Part shown: positions 1 to 7,963 of the stretch, in pieces
Numbering within the stretch: position 1 is the first letter of the stretch
How the letters are laid out: every line of letters begins with the position of its first letter
NCBI RefSeq assembly: GCF_019464535.1
Contig: NZ_CP080507.1
Span: 3,180,001-3,212,000 of the forward strand
Reading direction: 5' to 3'
Origin: Horticoccus luteus
Lineage (GTDB): Bacteria > Verrucomicrobiota > Verrucomicrobiia > Opitutales > Opitutaceae
DNA length: 32,000 nucleotides
Translations under genes and position numbers: made by a program
The notes under the pieces: generated by a model
Told to the model about the DNA's origin: nothing
Seen by the model: the letters and a program-made list of their open reading frames with translations, nothing else
Databases searched by the model: none

Positions 1-131
1 TCATCTTGAGCCAGGGCCTGCTGCCGCCGGAACTATTGGCCAAGGCCGTGCGCGAAGAGTTCATCCCCGCGGCGGCGGCCCCGGCGGAGTCAGCACCTGA
101 CGCCGATCATCCAGCCGCGAAGCAAATGTAG
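1..131 (+). CDS. 3' end of an unidentified protein-coding gene (partial, runs off the window start)
   Basis: Frame 3 is open from the window edge to TAG at 129-131 (...AKAVREEFIPAAAAPAESAPDADHPAAKQM*). Codons are GC3-rich. Too short to assign a family. Confidence 0.35.
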   Translation, partial: ILSQGLLPPELLAKAVREEFIPAAAAPAESAPDADHPAAKQM

Positions 132-188
132 TCCGTCGTCCCGGAGCGCCGCCGCTTTCGCGCGGCGGTTGGATCGCCGCGCGCGCGC

Positions 189-899
189 TCACAAATCGCC
201 GCGCTGCGGCCGCAACACGATCTCCTCGACCACCGTGCGGCGCGTCATCTGGTAAACCTCAAAAAACGCGCGCGCCACATCCGCCGCCGGCATCATCCGC
301 TCCTCGTCGATGCCACTCCCCGCCCACGAAGGCGACCACGTGGCTCCCGGATAAACGCAGCAGACGCGCACGCCGCGCTCCTTCGTTTCCATCCGCAACA
401 CCTTCGCCAGCCCCGTCACCCCAAACTTCGCCGCGCAATACGCCGCGTCACCCGGAAACGCCTGCAGGCCCGCCACCGAGCTCATAAAAAACACGTCGCC
501 ACTCGCCCGCGCCAACATTCCGGGCAGCAAGGCACGCGTCACCAAAAACGCACTGCGCAACGTCGCGCCGATCATCGCGTCAAACGCCGCCACCGTCGTT
601 TCCGCAAACGGCGCCGCCGTGAACGTGCCGGCGTTGTTGATCAACACATCCACCCCGCCGAAGCGCTTCGTCACCGCCGCCGCCATCTCCGCCACCGCGG
701 CGTCGTCACTCACATCGCACGGAAAAATCTCCGCCTTCGCCCCGCGCTTTACCGCCGCGGCCGCCACCCGCGCGAGGTTGCGCTCATTCCGGGCGACCAG
801 TGCCAGCCGCACGCCCTTGAGCCGCGATCCGAACTCCCGCGCCATCGCCGCGCCAATGCCCTGCGATGCGCCCGTAATCACCACGACTGGTTTGCTCAT
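189..899 (-). CDS. Short-chain dehydrogenase/reductase (SDR) family oxidoreductase; possible sepiapterin-reductase-like role given its neighbours
   Basis: N-terminal Rossmann motif 'VVVITGASQGIGAAMA', 'NNAG', and catalytic 'YCAAK' (YxxxK). I place the start at the internal ATG at 899 (MSKPVVVITG) rather than the ORF-track start at 953, because the dinucleotide-binding motif normally lies within about 10 aa of the N-terminus. Confidence 0.85.
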   Translation of the reverse strand: MSKPVVVITGASQGIGAAMAREFGSRLKGVRLALVARNERNLARVAAAAVKRGAKAEIFPCDVSDDAAVAEMAAAVTKRFGGVDVLINNAGTFTAAPFAETTVAAFDAMIGATLRSAFLVTRALLPGMLARASGDVFFMSSVAGLQAFPGDAAYCAAKFGVTGLAKVLRMETKERGVRVCCVYPGATWSPSWAGSGIDEERMMPAADVARAFFEVYQMTRRTVVEEIVLRPQRGDL

Positions 900-971
900 G
901 GCGCGAAACTCCAATCTCCGCGCCTCAAGCTCCAGCGAGAAATTTCCCTTCACCCCACCGCGTCGACCCCC

Positions 972-1952
972 TCAGCAGATCAGCGACCCGAAATCCATGT
1001 AGTCCGCGACGAATCCGCCTTTCACCCCTTTGCAGATCACGCTCACCGCGTCGTGCGAGTGCAGTGATTCCAAGTGCGAACACGCGATTTGGAAATCCTT
1101 GATGCGCGCATCGCCCTCGAACTCCCGATAAAGCAGCCGCGCCGCATCTTCCACAAACTTCAGGTGCGCGCCGTTGAGCTCGGCAAACGCCTGCTCGTCC
1201 TCGCGTTTCACCATCACCTGCGTCTCCGTTGCCAGCGCCGCCTGACAATGTTGGATCACCTCTTCGATCCAGATTTTTTTGCCCGGCACTTCCTCCACGG
1301 TCACCCGCGCCTTGCTGCGCTGCGAATGCGGCACGCCATACGCCCCCCGCTGGTCGCGCGCGTGCTCCGTCAATTCCGCCGAGCACGGGCACGCCGAGGA
1401 ATACACGAAGTCCACTTGGATGAACCGCCGGTATTCGCCATCCGCCGTCATCACGCCCTCGAACGCCACCTTGTAGAATTGGTAGCCTTCGAGGCCGCTG
1501 CGCAGGCTCTGCTGCAGCAACGGGTAGGAAAACGCGATCTTCAGACGCGCCGCCTTGCTTTCCACCTTGCGCAGATACGCCTTCAAAATCCGCCCCACCC
1601 ATTCGCCCGTGAACACCGCGTCCTTGTGCTCATAAAACGAGCGCACGATCCGGCTCATGTTGATGCCCTTCAACTCGGCTTCCAGCGACACCGTGCCCGT
1701 GACACTCGCTTCGAGCGTCAACAGCTTGCCGCTCTTCATCCGAAACTTGAGCGGCAGTTTGAAATTGGAAACGCCCACCTGTTGGATCGGCACGTTCGCC
1801 CCTTGGATCGCGTCGTGCGCCGCCTCCATCATGTCGGGCAGGGTGGCGCGATACGCCGGCGTGACGCGAAATTTGCGATCGTAGCCGCGCTTGACCTTCG
1901 GCTCGGCGCCGTCGGCCGAGCGATGGAGATACATGGGTTTCTTTTTGCTCAT
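972..1952 (-). CDS. folE2: GTP cyclohydrolase I type 2 (GCYH-IB, FolE2/MptA family)
   Basis: 326 aa. It has the characteristic '...[13 protein letters not shown]...' and '[12 protein letters not shown]' blocks and the C-terminal '[12 protein letters not shown]' typical of the DUF198/FolE2 family. Third codon positions are strongly G/C. Confidence 0.85.
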   Translation of the reverse strand: MSKKKPMYLHRSADGAEPKVKRGYDRKFRVTPAYRATLPDMMEAAHDAIQGANVPIQQVGVSNFKLPLKFRMKSGKLLTLEASVTGTVSLEAELKGINMSRIVRSFYEHKDAVFTGEWVGRILKAYLRKVESKAARLKIAFSYPLLQQSLRSGLEGYQFYKVAFEGVMTADGEYRRFIQVDFVYSSACPCSAELTEHARDQRGAYGVPHSQRSKARVTVEEVPGKKIWIEEVIQHCQAALATETQVMVKREDEQAFAELNGAHLKFVEDAARLLYREFEGDARIKDFQIACSHLESLHSHDAVSVICKGVKGGFVADYMDFGSLIC

Positions 1953-2015
1953 GGTCGTTTTTAGGCAACGCCGCCAGGCGGTTGTGACGATAACCGTAGC
2001 CCCGCGAAGGCGGAG

Positions 2016-2516
2016 TTAGCTGGCGGCAGGCGCTTGCGCGCCGAAATATTCCACGAAATTACGCGGTGTTTCGTAAAGGCGCAAACGGTGCAGGCGACCG
2101 GCCGGCAGCGCCGGCTCGATCTCGTTCCAGAACGCAATGGCCAGATTCTCCGTCGAAGGGATGAGCCCCTGCAAAAATTCCACTTCCTCGTTCAAATTGC
2201 GGTGGTCGCAACGATCGAGAATCACCCGCTGCAGCACCCGCTTGAGCTCCGCCAGATCGAGCACGTAACCGGTGTCCGGCTGCGGTTCTCCCGCCACCGT
2301 CACCTCTAACACATAGTTATGCCCGTGCCAGTGGGGATTGGTGCAAAGACCGTATTTCTCCTCGTTCCACTTTTGACTCTTCGAGGGGTTGTGCAGCCGG
2401 TGCGCCGCGTTGAAATGCACCTGCCGCGTGATGTAGACCGTGCCGGGCAAGACCCGCGGCGCCGGGGCGCGCGCAGGACGCGGCGCAGATTTGGCGGCAG
2501 CAGAACGTCGTGGCAT
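2016..2516 (-). CDS. 6-pyruvoyl-tetrahydropterin synthase family enzyme (COG0720), PTPS-II-like Cx5HGH active-site motif
   Basis: The core 'HFNAAHRLHNPSKS...KYGLCTNPHWHGHNYVLEVTV...TGYVLDLAELK...DHRNLN...STENLAIAFW...YETPRNFVEY' aligns by eye with mammalian PTPS ('FGKCNNPNGHGHNY'). Start chosen at ATG 2516 (MPRRS...). The ORF-track start at 2537 adds 7 aa and is possible. Confidence 0.85.
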   Translation of the reverse strand: MPRRSAAAKSAPRPARAPAPRVLPGTVYITRQVHFNAAHRLHNPSKSQKWNEEKYGLCTNPHWHGHNYVLEVTVAGEPQPDTGYVLDLAELKRVLQRVILDRCDHRNLNEEVEFLQGLIPSTENLAIAFWNEIEPALPAGRLHRLRLYETPRNFVEYFGAQAPAAS

Positions 2517-2678
2517 GGAGAGGCAGAAGTAGCACAAATCCCCGCTCGGTCAATCGCCTGCACGGGGAATCCTCCGCAGCTCCGGCTCGCGCCCCATCGC
2601 TCTCGTGCCCCGCGCGGCGTTTTCGTTGCCGTTTTTGTTTGGCGGCGCGCCGCCCCGAGTCTTCATCACGCCTCGTCC

Positions 2679-3476
2679 ATGGCCACGCGTTTCTGCATCC
2701 TCGGTTCCGGCAGCTCCGGCAATGCCGCTCTGCTCCAGACTGAGTCCACCCGCGTGCTCGTTGATGCCGGTTTTTCCGCGCGCAAACTCGGCCAGCTCCT
2801 CACCGCCGTCGGCGAATCCCTCGACCGCATCGACGCCGTCTTCCTCACCCACGAACACGGTGATCACTCCGCCGGCCTCGACGGCCTCAAAAAATTTCCC
2901 CACCTCAAAATCTTCGCCAACGCCGCCACCGCGCGCGTCCTTCAGTCCGGCCTCGAACACCGGCCCGACTGGCAGATCTTCGAAACCGGCGCCCGCTTCA
3001 TCTTCCGCGATCTGGAGATCGAAACCTTCGCCGTCCCTCACGATGCGCAGGAACCCGTCGGCTTTCGCTTCACCACCGGTTTCGAGGGCGATCTTTTCCA
3101 CCCGCCGCGCCGGCTCGCGTTTCTCACCGACCTCGGCCACGCGCCGCAAAACATCCACGAAGCCATCCGCCCCTGCGACGTGGTCGTCGTCGAGTCGAAC
3201 CATTGCGCCGACATGCTGAAGGCCGACGTGCATCGCCCGTGGTCGCTCAAACAGCGCATCGGCGGCCGGCACGGCCATCTCTCCAACCAGGCCACCTGCG
3301 AACTCCTCTCCGCCGTTGCCAGCCCGCAATGGCGGCAGATCTTTCTCACGCACGTCAGTCGCGACTGCAACAGCCTCCCCGCCATCGAACGCGCGTTCGC
3401 CGAATTGCGCTCCCGGCTGCCCTGCCCGATCTCGGTCATCGACGCCGGCGGCGGCAGCGCTTGGATGGAGTTTTAA
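2679..3476 (+). CDS. MBL-fold metallo-hydrolase (YycJ/PhnP-like)
   Basis: 'MATRFCILGSGSSGNAALL...VLVDAGFS...AVFLTHEHGDHSAGL' contains the HxHxDH metallo-beta-lactamase motif, with later 'HD' and 'GHLSN' blocks. Start at ATG 2679. The longer ORF from 2319 overlaps the divergent PTPS gene and is rejected. Confidence 0.8.
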   Translation: MATRFCILGSGSSGNAALLQTESTRVLVDAGFSARKLGQLLTAVGESLDRIDAVFLTHEHGDHSAGLDGLKKFPHLKIFANAATARVLQSGLEHRPDWQIFETGARFIFRDLEIETFAVPHDAQEPVGFRFTTGFEGDLFHPPRRLAFLTDLGHAPQNIHEAIRPCDVVVVESNHCADMLKADVHRPWSLKQRIGGRHGHLSNQATCELLSAVASPQWRQIFLTHVSRDCNSLPAIERAFAELRSRLPCPISVIDAGGGSAWMEF

Positions 3477-3479
3477 CGC

Positions 3480-5078
3480 GTGGGCGGAGATCCGGCAACC
3501 GCCGCGCGGTGGATCGTCGTCGAGTGGTGCGGCGCGACCACCGCCGACCTGCGGCCGCGCGTGCGCAGCGGCCAGCTCCCCGCGCTCGCGCGCCTCGCCG
3601 CCACCGGCCGGCAGTATTCGTTTCCCCACGTCCCGCCGACGGACTGGCCGTTGCCGTCCATCTTGAACGACCTCGCCACCGCCGGCGTTGCCCTCGCGGA
3701 TTGCACCTGCACGCACCTCGCGCCCACCGACGTCATTTCACCCGACGACATCGCCGCGACGACGTTGCGTTTTTTTCCGCCACGGGAGGGCGACGACGTT
3801 CCGCTCCGCGCCGCGCTGGCCTGCCTCTACTCCTCGCACAACGCCGCCATCGCCGCGTGTTTCGCCGACTCACCGCCCGCGTTGATCTATCTCCCGGTCA
3901 CGTTAACGCGCGACATCTCCCTCCTCTATTCGTCCTCGCCCGCCCTTCCGCAAGCCCTCGCCGCCGCCGCTCAATTGCTCGACCTCCTGCTGCATGATTT
4001 TCGCCAGCAGGCGGACGACAAAACGGGGTTTCTCCTCTGCTCCGCTGGACATGCTGCTGCCGCCGGTTTCAGCCTGCTCGCCGCGCCGAATCTCCCCGCG
4101 GACCGCCTGCCGAGAATACCTTCTCCGCGCGCCTTGGGCCAGGCGCTCGCAACACTACTCGACGCCCGGTTACCCACCGATTCCACTTGGGCGCTGCCCT
4201 TCCCGCTTTCGGCGGCCTGGCTCGATCCGCAGTTTCCTCCCGTCCGCCGCATCGCCGTCATCACGCGCGAAAGACCCGCCTTTTTGCGCCTCGGTCGCCC
4301 CGCCGATTTGACGCAGGTGGCTACGACGTTTCCCGCGGTCCGGTGGTCGCCCGGCGACATCCTGCATCTGGCCTTCGCCGACGCCTCGTGCGCCGCGCTG
4401 ATCGGCGCCGCCTCACTCTCTCCATCCGGCGGCGTGTCCTTCGCGGCGCTGCCGCCGTTCGACGTGCATCCGGATGCGTCTCGGCTGTTCGAACGCGTCC
4501 TGCACCACGCCGAAGCGCACCACGTCACCGTCCTCCACAGCGCTGTCCAAATCGAAAAAGGAAGCTCCCTCCACGCGCTTTTCTCCGCCGCCGGCTTTCA
4601 ACTTAACGGCGAAGTCGTCATGTGGCGCGTGACCCGGTCCCAAGTGCTCGCCCGGCTTGCGCCGCCGCCCGCCGCGGTTCACTCGCAATTTCTTCTGCGC
4701 CCCCCGACGTCAGCCGATGTTGACGCAGCGCGAAACCTGCCCGAGGCCGCCGCCTTGCTTCCCGCCGGCGTCGCCTTCGATCCCGACCTGAGCGCGGTGG
4801 CGATTTCTGCTGGTGAAATTGCCGGCCTGCTGCTCGTGCAGCGCTTGGACGATCTCATGGTCGCCAACGCCCTCGTCGTGCGCGAAAAATTCCGCCGCTC
4901 GCCCTGCTTTTTGGCCCTGCTTGCGCACGGCACCAACGCCATGCGGGCGGCCGGATTGGAGCAGGCGATCTTCAGCACCGATGCCGCTCGCCGCGAGATG
5001 CTCGCTTGGGCGCGGCGCTCCGACGCACACGTAATCCAACACGGCGTGCGCCTCATCCGCACTTTTCTGTCACGATAA
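3480..5078 (+). CDS. Hypothetical protein, 532 aa, with possible GNAT-like C-terminal halves; no confident family
   Basis: Long ORF with consistent GC3 bias in this frame. GTG start lies 4 nt after the MBL gene stop, and there is no in-frame ATG for about 380 codons. The C-terminal segments 'HVTVLHSAVQIEKGSSLHALFSAAGFQLNGEVVMW' and 'IAGLLLVQRLDDLMVANALVVREKFRRSPCFLALLAHGTNAMRAAGLEQAIFSTD' look acetyltransferase-like. The N-terminus, 'WIVVEWCGATTADLRPRVRSGQLPALARLAATG', vaguely resembles the alkaline-phosphatase superfamily but lacks the usual Asp. Confidence 0.6.
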   Translation: MGGDPATAARWIVVEWCGATTADLRPRVRSGQLPALARLAATGRQYSFPHVPPTDWPLPSILNDLATAGVALADCTCTHLAPTDVISPDDIAATTLRFFPPREGDDVPLRAALACLYSSHNAAIAACFADSPPALIYLPVTLTRDISLLYSSSPALPQALAAAAQLLDLLLHDFRQQADDKTGFLLCSAGHAAAAGFSLLAAPNLPADRLPRIPSPRALGQALATLLDARLPTDSTWALPFPLSAAWLDPQFPPVRRIAVITRERPAFLRLGRPADLTQVATTFPAVRWSPGDILHLAFADASCAALIGAASLSPSGGVSFAALPPFDVHPDASRLFERVLHHAEAHHVTVLHSAVQIEKGSSLHALFSAAGFQLNGEVVMWRVTRSQVLARLAPPPAAVHSQFLLRPPTSADVDAARNLPEAAALLPAGVAFDPDLSAVAISAGEIAGLLLVQRLDDLMVANALVVREKFRRSPCFLALLAHGTNAMRAAGLEQAIFSTDAARREMLAWARRSDAHVIQHGVRLIRTFLSR

Positions 5079-5159
5079 GATTGTATCGGCCACCCGCTTA
5101 CCGCGGCCGCCCGCGAAGCGTCTTGATTGGCGTCGGCGGCCTTTCCATCTAAATGAGTG

Positions 5160-5828
5160 ATGCCCGCCATTCCTCGCTCGTCTTTCGCTAAAACGCTCGG
5201 CGTCGCCGTCCCCGCGTCCGCTGCGCTCTTGGCTAGCCACGCCGGCGCCGCGATTGTCTCGACCGATCTCGGCTCGGGCTTGGCCATCACCCCCACCGGA
5301 CCAAATACCAGCCTCTATTTTTCCGCCGCGATCGATGATGTCGTCGGCAACACCGGCCGCGCTTCCTACAGCTCCACCGACAGCTTCCAATTTCAGGTGG
5401 TCTTCGTGCAACCGTCCGACATGAAACCGCAATTCATCGGCGTCGGTGATTCCTCTTTTGCAGTCCAGACTTCCAGCCCTTTTCTTAAGTCTTATTCCAG
5501 TGGCGACACTGTGCCTGGCATGGCTGATTTCAGCGCCACGTCGCTCGTTTATGACTTCACCTCAGGTGCCACCTACGTCGGCCTGCGTTTCGGCAACGAC
5601 AGCGTTTATCACTACGGGTGGGCCAAAGTGAATATCCAAACCTCTACGGCGGAGGACAAACGGATGACCCTCTACGGTTTTGCCTACAACACCGTGGCCA
5701 ACGAAAGCATTCTCGCCGGCGAGACCAGCGCGATCCCCGAGCCTTCCACCTACGCCGCGCTGGCCGGTCTTCTCGCCGGTTCCGCCGCGCTGTTCCGCCG
5801 TCGTCAACTCCGCCGCCGCGCCGCCTGA
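5160..5828 (+). CDS. PEP-CTERM sorting-domain secreted protein
   Basis: Signal peptide 'MPAIPRSSFAKTLGVAVPASAALLASHAGAA'. C-terminal 'IPEPSTYAALAGLLAGSAALFRRRQLRRRAA' is a PEP motif, a TM helix and an Arg-rich tail. An in-frame GTG at 5157 is an alternative start. Confidence 0.85.
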   Translation: MPAIPRSSFAKTLGVAVPASAALLASHAGAAIVSTDLGSGLAITPTGPNTSLYFSAAIDDVVGNTGRASYSSTDSFQFQVVFVQPSDMKPQFIGVGDSSFAVQTSSPFLKSYSSGDTVPGMADFSATSLVYDFTSGATYVGLRFGNDSVYHYGWAKVNIQTSTAEDKRMTLYGFAYNTVANESILAGETSAIPEPSTYAALAGLLAGSAALFRRRQLRRRAA

Positions 5829-5853
5829 TTCCGCGTCCGCGCCGTCCGTTTTG

Positions 5854-5886
5854 CAGCCGCCTCCCCTGAGGCGGCTGTTTTGTTTT
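5854..5886 (+). terminator. Rho-independent terminator after the PEP-CTERM gene
   Basis: Perfect 10-bp stem 'cagccgcctc' (5854-5863) / 'gaggcggctg' (5868-5877), 4-nt loop 'ccct', followed by 'ttttgtttt' (5878-5886). Confidence 0.75.
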
Positions 5887-5887
5887 C

Positions 5888-5920
5888 GTCCCCGCGCAGT
5901 CGTCGGGGACCTTTTGTTTT
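5888..5920 (+). terminator. Second, tandem rho-independent terminator
   Basis: 7-bp stem 'gtccccg' (5888-5894) / 'cggggac' (5904-5910), 9-nt loop, followed by 'cttttgtttt' (5911-5920). It has the same TTTTGTTTT tail as the first hairpin. Confidence 0.55.
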
Positions 5921-5955
5921 GCTGCTGCCGTGCCGCCCCGCTTGGCTGGCGACGC

Positions 5956-7389
5956 ATGTCCGCCGACAACCCGTTTCGCCGCACCAAGATCATCTTCACC
6001 CTCGGTCCCGCAACCGACAGCGAGGCGATGCTCGAGGCCCTCTTCCGCGCTGGCGCCGACATCGTTCGCCTCAACATGGCGCACGCCAACCACGAGTGGA
6101 CGCGCACCGTCATCCGTCGCATCCGCGCTGTGTCGCTCCGCCTCGGCCGCGAGGTCGGCATCATGATGGACATCAAAGGCCCCGAGATCCGCACCGGCGA
6201 TCTCGCCGCTCCGATCGAGCTTCGCCCCGGCGAGATCTTCGACTTCACCGTGCGCGGCGGCGCCCCCGGCGACAGCCCCGAAGAGGTGCGCTCCGTCGGC
6301 GTCAACTACGCCGATCTCGTCAAAGACGTCGCCGTCGGCGACACCGTGCTCGTCGATAACGGTCTCATCCGCCTCGAAGTTCTCGCCCGCAATGAGACCC
6401 GTCTCCGCTGTCGCGTGCTGATCCCTGGCCCGCTCGGCTCGCGCCGTCACATCAATCTCCCCGGCGTGAAGGTCAACCTCCCCGCCTTCACCGACAAGGA
6501 CCGCCGCGACACCGCCGTCGGCATCGAGGAAAACATCGATTTCGTCGCCCTCTCCTTCGTGCGCAGCGCCGCCGATGTCGAAGAACTCCGCGCCTTTCTC
6601 GCTGAGCACAAATCCCACGCCCGGATCGTCGCGAAAATCGAGGACCGCTCCGCCATCGACAACCTCGCCGAAATCGTGCGCGCCTGTGATGCGCTCATGG
6701 TCGCGCGCGGCGACCTCGGCATCGAATGTCCCTTCGAGGAACTGCCCGGCATCCAGCGCCGCGCCGTCCGCATGTGCCTCAGCTACGGCCGACCCGTCAT
6801 CGTCGCCACCCACATGCTCGAATCGATGATTCAGCAACCCGTCCCCACCCGCGCCGAGATCACCGATGTCGCCAACGCCGTTTATGAACGCTCCGACTGC
6901 GTGATGCTGTCCGGCGAAACCACCGTCGGCAAATACCCGCTCGAATGCGTGCAGATGCTCGACCGCATCGCGCGCCGCGTCGAAGCCGAAGACGATGCGC
7001 CCGCCGCGCCGCCACCCGAACTCACCAGCGAGAAAACGAAGCTCCTTCATTCCGCCGTCGTCCTCGCCAACGACCTTCCCGACTCGCGCATTCTTACGTT
7101 CACGCGTTACGGTTTCATGGCCCGCAGCCTCGCGGCCCTCCGCCCGCAACGCGCCCCGATCCTCGCGTTCACCCCGTCCATCGAGTTGCAACGCCAGTTG
7201 CGTCTCCTCCGCGGCGTCGAACCTTACGTCATGCCCTTCGGCAGTGAGCCCGACATCACCATCGAAAACGCCATCGTCTTTCTCCGCAACAAGGGCCTCA
7301 TCGCCCCCGGCGACAAACTCATCATCGCCACCGACATTCTCTCGCAAGACCGCCTGATCGACGCCGTGCAACTCCGCACCGTGCGCTGA
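5956..7389 (+). CDS. pyk: Pyruvate kinase
   Basis: 'RRTKIIFTLGPATDS...GADIVRLNMAHANHEW...MMDIKGPEIRTG', 'INLPGVKVNLPAFTDKDRRD', 'FVALSFVRSAADV', 'IVAKIEDRSAI', 'MVARGDLGIE' and 'ATHMLESM' are canonical pyruvate kinase blocks. Start at ATG 5956 (MSADNPF...). Confidence 0.95.
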   Translation: MSADNPFRRTKIIFTLGPATDSEAMLEALFRAGADIVRLNMAHANHEWTRTVIRRIRAVSLRLGREVGIMMDIKGPEIRTGDLAAPIELRPGEIFDFTVRGGAPGDSPEEVRSVGVNYADLVKDVAVGDTVLVDNGLIRLEVLARNETRLRCRVLIPGPLGSRRHINLPGVKVNLPAFTDKDRRDTAVGIEENIDFVALSFVRSAADVEELRAFLAEHKSHARIVAKIEDRSAIDNLAEIVRACDALMVARGDLGIECPFEELPGIQRRAVRMCLSYGRPVIVATHMLESMIQQPVPTRAEITDVANAVYERSDCVMLSGETTVGKYPLECVQMLDRIARRVEAEDDAPAAPPPELTSEKTKLLHSAVVLANDLPDSRILTFTRYGFMARSLAALRPQRAPILAFTPSIELQRQLRLLRGVEPYVMPFGSEPDITIENAIVFLRNKGLIAPGDKLIIATDILSQDRLIDAVQLRTVR

Positions 7390-7464
7390 GCCCGCCGCCG
7401 CCCGCGCCCCCTGCACGACCCGCTTGGCCTTGACTCGCCCCTGTCCGCGCACCTCTTTCGCGCC

Positions 7465-7851
7465 GTGCCGCGTCTCCGGTATTTCACTTCGCTGATCCTT
7501 CTCACCCTCTGGCTGCCCGTGCGGCTCCACTGTGGGTGGGAAGCCGCCGGCTTGCCCGAGACGTTCGCGTGCGCCTCCGAGCACCACGCTGACGCCAATC
7601 CCATGGCCGACGCGTGCGACACCGTCGAAGGAGCCGCCCTGCGCACGCACGCCGTCGTGCTCGCTGCGCCTGCACCCGCGCTGCTGCCCGCGCCCCTCGG
7701 GCTTCTCGCCTGCCTGCTCGCCGCCACTCCTTTGGTCGCTCCGCCCGCGGGCGTGAGCGAATTTACCGCCGCGCCCGAAGAACTCGGTCGCCGTTGGTGT
7801 TTTCTCGCCCGCACGGCTCCGTCGCCGCGCGCGCCGTCTCTGTTATCGTAA
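7465..7851 (+). CDS. Small Cys/His/Asp-rich membrane-associated hypothetical protein leading the czc-like operon
   Basis: 128 aa with a GTG start and clear GC3 bias in frame. It has an N-terminal hydrophobic helix 'FTSLILLTLWLPVRLHC', then 'GWEAAGLPETFACASEHHADANPMADACDTVEG', then a second hydrophobic/Pro-rich stretch, then 'RRWCFLARTAPSPRAPS'. I cannot name a family. Confidence 0.55.
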   Translation: MPRLRYFTSLILLTLWLPVRLHCGWEAAGLPETFACASEHHADANPMADACDTVEGAALRTHAVVLAAPAPALLPAPLGLLACLLAATPLVAPPAGVSEFTAAPEELGRRWCFLARTAPSPRAPSLLS

Positions 7852-7963
7852 CGGACTCCTGCGGGAGTCGTTGACGTCCTTCGCCGCGCGCTGCTGCGCC
7901 GTGGCGTTCCTTCCTGTCGCGCCTGAATTCCGGCTGCGCGGCGCATTCACGTTCACCACCGTT

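Noticed and set aside
149-168. GC hairpin 'ccgccgc-tttcgc-gcggcgg' between the convergent genes at the left edge.
   Set aside because: It has a 7-bp stem but only 'tt' downstream on the plus strand and no T-tract on the minus strand. I cannot support it as an intrinsic terminator.
2641-2654. Perfect 14-bp GC palindrome 'ggcggcgcgccgcc' in the PTPS/MBL divergent spacer.
   Set aside because: It is composed only of G and C in a GC-rich genome and has no partner site or AT-rich core. It is plausibly chance and cannot be supported as an operator.
5644-7650. Very long antisense or alternative-frame ORFs in the track, for example 5644-7650(-), 9124-12393(-), 16860-20015(-), 20843-23191(-), 2550-3716(-), 13978-15144(-) and 15099-16349(-).
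   Set aside because: They lie opposite or out of frame with genes that carry unmistakable family motifs (pyk, czcA, cusA, copA and others). Their translations are low-complexity Gly/Arg/Ala/Asp-rich strings. Stop-codon-poor shadow frames of this kind are expected in very GC-rich DNA.
7854-7869. Short hairpin 'gactcc-tgcg-ggagtc' just after the small Cys/His ORF stop, considered as a terminator or attenuator.
   Set aside because: It has only a 6-bp stem and no downstream T-tract. It is too weak to call, and the operon probably reads through.
7926-7932. Heptamer 'aattccg' shared upstream of both OMF genes (7926-7932 and 13757-13763), considered as a possible ECF -35 element.
   Set aside because: A single shared 7-mer between two regions of about 100 bp is roughly what chance predicts. 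The distances to the start codons differ (38 vs 47 nt), and no common -10 (CGT-type) element follows at a fixed spacing.
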